Below are positions 27,136 through 30,112 of a stretch of DNA of 30,112 nucleotides, in pieces. This DNA is from Patescibacteria group bacterium (GTDB taxonomy: Bacteria; Patescibacteriota; Gracilibacteria; UBA1369; PNNO01), in the NCBI GenBank assembly GCA_042568575.1, contig JBHPIO010000013.1:1-30112 (forward strand), written 5' to 3'. Below the pieces are notes generated by a model that saw only the letters and a list, made by a program, of their open reading frames with translations, was not told the DNA's origin and did no database searches. The first letter of the stretch is position 1. Each line of letters starts with the position of its first letter. The position numbers and the translations under genes were made by a program.

Positions 27136-28179
27136 TTAAAATCGAAGACCTTCAACTGAAATTCCAGGTTCGTCAGTAATGTTTCCAATTTTGTAAGCTT
27201 CAACACCGTGCTTGTCTGCAATTTCTTTAATCTTGCCGAACTCGTTTGAAACAATAACCATTCCAATTCCCATGTTCCATGTTTTGTAAGCTTCTTCATC
27301 AGAAACATTTCCAAATTCCTTAACCTTCAAAACAGCTTCATGAGGCTCAGGAAGGTTCTCCATTCTAGCTCCAAGATTTTTACCTTTTAAAATTCGAACG
27401 ACATTTCCAGGAAGTCCGCCACCGGTAATATGCGCAATAGCTTTGATATCAACAGCTCTTGGTTGTTTATATCGGCCAACCATATCCAGCACACAATTGT
27501 GATAGATCTTTGTTGGGGCAAGAACAACTTCTCCCCAAGATTGACCATCTCCAAACGGCTCGTTAAACCAGTTGTCGCCAAATTTTTCGTGAAGAATATG
27601 TCTTACAAGAGTAAATCCATTTGATCTAAAAACATTCGAACCAAGACCTATAAGTTCATCGCCGGCTTGCACATCATTACCAGTAATAAATTTCTCCTTT
27701 TCTACAATTCCAATCGCAGTTGAATTCCATACATTCCCTTTAACCATTGTTCCAAGCTCTGCAATTTCTCCACCGGGGATAACGATTTTTTGTTCAATAC
27801 AAGCGTTTTTAAGACCTTCCATTAGTTCACCTATTGTTTCTTTATCGACTTTTTCAACATCCATAGTATTAGACATCGATACAACTTCAGCTCCAACACA
27901 AATAGCATCATCAGCAACTGTTCCAAGGAGGTCATATCCCATAGTATCGAATTTGCCAATTTGCTGTGCAATCACCATTTTTGTTCCAATCCCGTCATCA
28001 TTTTGCACTAAATAGAAATCACCAAAATCCATAGCACCCGAAAATCCACCTTCCATAATAACAGGAGCACCGATCATTCCTTCACGTACAGGGAAGGTCG
28101 CTTTTGCGGCTTCATATGCGATACGAGAGCATTCGTCTCCCATTTCGATATCAACACCCGCTTCTTTATATGTTGCCAT
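27136..28179 (-). CDS. purM: Phosphoribosylformylglycinamidine cyclo-ligase (AIR synthase)
   Basis: TYKEAGVDI, GGFSG, DGIGTK, DDAICVGAE, GGEIAEL, SNGFTLVR, AHITGGG, TWNMGIG. Confidence 0.9.
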   Translation of the reverse strand: MATYKEAGVDIEMGDECSRIAYEAAKATFPVREGMIGAPVIMEGGFSGAMDFGDFYLVQNDDGIGTKMVIAQQIGKFDTMGYDLLGTVADDAICVGAEVVSMSNTMDVEKVDKETIGELMEGLKNACIEQKIVIPGGEIAELGTMVKGNVWNSTAIGIVEKEKFITGNDVQAGDELIGLGSNVFRSNGFTLVRHILHEKFGDNWFNEPFGDGQSWGEVVLAPTKIYHNCVLDMVGRYKQPRAVDIKAIAHITGGGLPGNVVRILKGKNLGARMENLPEPHEAVLKVKEFGNVSDEEAYKTWNMGIGMVIVSNEFGKIKEIADKHGVEAYKIGNITDEPGISVEGLRF

Positions 28180-28191
28180 TTAAAATTTTTG

Positions 28192-28869
28192 TTAAGAATC
28201 GTATCCGCTTTGAGCTCGATCACTCACAATTTTGCCTCCATCAATCCTCACAACTCTTTTTTGTAAGCGATCCACAAGACTCTTATTGTGACTAGCAAGT
28301 AGAACCGTAGCTCCATTTTTGTTGATTTTTTCAAGTAGATCAAGAATGCCTTCAGCTGATTCTGGATCAAGATTTCCTGTCGGCTCATCTGCAATCACCA
28401 ATTTTGGATCATGGACAAGAGCACGAGCAATAGCCGTTCGCTGCTGCTCACCACCAGAAAGTTGATGAGGGAAATGCCTGTGATAATTTTGAAGTCCCAC
28501 AATTTCCAATACCTCCTTTACACGTTTTGCAATAAATTCCTTTGAATATCCACATGCTTCAAGCGCAAACGCTACATTTTCAAAAACATTCTTTTTTGAA
28601 AGAAGTTTATAATCCTGAAAGATAATTCCAAGTTTTCGACGATACATTTGAAGCGCCTTTTCCGACATTACATGCACTTTATAATCATCAACCATGATCT
28701 CTCCGCTATGCACTTTTTCGGCTCCAATAAGCGAATAAATCAACGTAGACTTGCCTGCCCCAGAAGGTCCAACAAGGGATACAAATTCTTGTGGCTCAAC
28801 AACAAGAGAAACGTTGTCTAGAACCGCTCTATCGCCATACTGTTTTGTAACCTGATCAAATATAATCAT
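28192..28869 (-). CDS. ftsE: Cell-division ABC ATPase FtsE
   Basis: GPSGAGKST, RRKLGIIFQDYKLL..KNVFENVAFAL, LSGGEQQR, IADEPTGNLDP, IN..GATVLLASHN..LVD..KRV. Confidence 0.85.
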   Translation of the reverse strand: MIIFDQVTKQYGDRAVLDNVSLVVEPQEFVSLVGPSGAGKSTLIYSLIGAEKVHSGEIMVDDYKVHVMSEKALQMYRRKLGIIFQDYKLLSKKNVFENVAFALEACGYSKEFIAKRVKEVLEIVGLQNYHRHFPHQLSGGEQQRTAIARALVHDPKLVIADEPTGNLDPESAEGILDLLEKINKNGATVLLASHNKSLVDRLQKRVVRIDGGKIVSDRAQSGYDS

Positions 28870-28914
28870 AAATTTTCGTGATTCGTAAAGTGCGCCTTCA
28901 CTATAAGTTTTTAC

Positions 28915-30111
28915 CTATAATGATTCAACCCATTTTCTGAATGCGTCACCTCTTTTTTTGTAATTCTCAAACATATCAAAGCTCGCTGACGCTGGAGATA
29001 GCACAACGATGCCGTTTTTCTCTGCATTAAGACGTGCTGCGAAAAATGCTTCGCCGTAGTTTTTTGCGCGAACGATGTTTAAAGGGACATCACGATTTTG
29101 ATCTATGTTCAACTTATCGGCTTTTTCTGTAGCTTTATCGTTTGCAATATTAATAGATTCTTCAATCTTATCCGCTGTTTCTCCCATCAACACAATTGTT
29201 TTTAGATTGGCCTGGCGAACGATTGCTTTTGCTAGTCCACTATAATCAGAGTGCTTATCGCTTCCACCAGCAATTAAAACAACAGGCTCTGTGAATGATT
29301 GAATAGCAGCGATACACGTTTCAGGAGTAGTAGAAAAAGAGTCATTGTAATAGCTAATTTTGTCGATTTCACGAATAAATTCGAGACGATGAGGCAGACC
29401 TCTAAACTCTAAAATTGTTTTCTTAACAACATCAGTCGGTATTTCCAAATACCTTGCGACGGTCACTGCCGGCATAATATTTTCAAGGTTATGAGGGCCG
29501 ATAAGACCGACTTCTTTTGTGCTGCATATAGTTTCTTTTTTCCATTGCCTGGTTGAAATGATTTTATCTTTCTCAACATATGTCCCATCTCCAACCTCTT
29601 TTTTTACGCTAACAAGAAATTTCTCGGCAGGCGTAAGAGTCAGATATCGTAAATGATACGGGTAATCAAAATTTGCAACTACCACATCCTCTTTTGTTTG
29701 ATATTTAACAATGCTTTCTTTGGCCGCCTGATATTCTTCGACATCTTTATGGTAATCAAGGTGCTCCGAAACAGTATTTAAAACCACAGCAATATGTGGA
29801 CTTTTCTCAAGATCTTGAAGTTGGAAACTTGAAAGTTCCAGGACAACAAGCGAGTTTTTGTTTAATTGATCGATAAAACCAAAAGGTGATTCTCCGATGT
29901 TTCCTCCCAAATAAACATTCTTCCCGGCATTTTTTAGAATTTTATAAATCAAGGTTGATGTAGTTCCTTTTCCTTTTGTCCCAGTTACTCCAATAATCGG
30001 ACACGGGCAAATATCAAAAAATAACTTAGTCGCACTAGTAATGTTTGAACCCTTTTCACGCGCTTTTTGCAGTTCCGGATAATCCACGTGAATACCAGGA
30101 CTCCTAAAAAC
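28915..30111 (-). CDS. murD: UDP-N-acetylmuramoyl-L-alanine--D-glutamate ligase, 5' partial
   Basis: Frame open to the window edge (VFRSPGIH...); GVTGTKGKGTT, GGNIG, LELSSFQL, HLDYH, GPHNLEN, LPHRLE, NDSFST, LIAGGSDK, LSPASASFDMF.NY..RG. Confidence 0.95.
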   Translation of the reverse strand, partial: VFRSPGIHVDYPELQKAREKGSNITSATKLFFDICPCPIIGVTGTKGKGTTSTLIYKILKNAGKNVYLGGNIGESPFGFIDQLNKNSLVVLELSSFQLQDLEKSPHIAVVLNTVSEHLDYHKDVEEYQAAKESIVKYQTKEDVVVANFDYPYHLRYLTLTPAEKFLVSVKKEVGDGTYVEKDKIISTRQWKKETICSTKEVGLIGPHNLENIMPAVTVARYLEIPTDVVKKTILEFRGLPHRLEFIREIDKISYYNDSFSTTPETCIAAIQSFTEPVVLIAGGSDKHSDYSGLAKAIVRQANLKTIVLMGETADKIEESINIANDKATEKADKLNIDQNRDVPLNIVRAKNYGEAFFAARLNAEKNGIVVLSPASASFDMFENYKKRGDAFRKWVESL

Positions 30112-30112
30112 A

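Noticed and set aside
1-30112. Active genetic code 25 (TGA = Gly)
   Set aside because: All conserved genes are uninterrupted under code 11, so there is no sign of TGA used as a sense codon in this window.

Overview
AT-rich bacterial chromosomal window with 26 supportable CDSs; no RNA genes, CRISPR arrays or mobile elements were recognised. Gene content and the lack of Shine-Dalgarno (SD) sites on most genes suggest Patescibacteria/CPR, possibly Peregrinibacteria-like (inference only). From left to right: a signalling locus (partial degenerate histidine kinase, 7TM-type sensor kinase, a GC-richer SAM methyltransferase + FeeM/LuxI-fold acyltransferase operon, divergent OmpR-family regulator); a RocS/RacA-like HTH coiled-coil protein; a phytol/dolichol-kinase-like membrane protein; a gdhA-aspC-pckA-ppdK block; a divergent Ser/Thr kinase; NAD kinase; a GT4 glycosyltransferase; a membrane protein; a Zn-ribbon protein; recA-recX-nusA; a self-contained GC-rich lipoprotein cassette; a very basic 857-aa orphan; pilB; and on the minus strand murD (partial)-ftsE-purM-dprA. 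Most notable: (1) a candidate small-molecule signal synthase/receptor (quorum-sensing-like) circuit at 681-5414; (2) a shared hairpin + boxA-like + strong SD leader on the two GC-rich cassettes only; (3) none of 26 genes ends in TGA; (4) a palindromic operator filling the recA promoter spacer; (5) a probable nusA attenuator.
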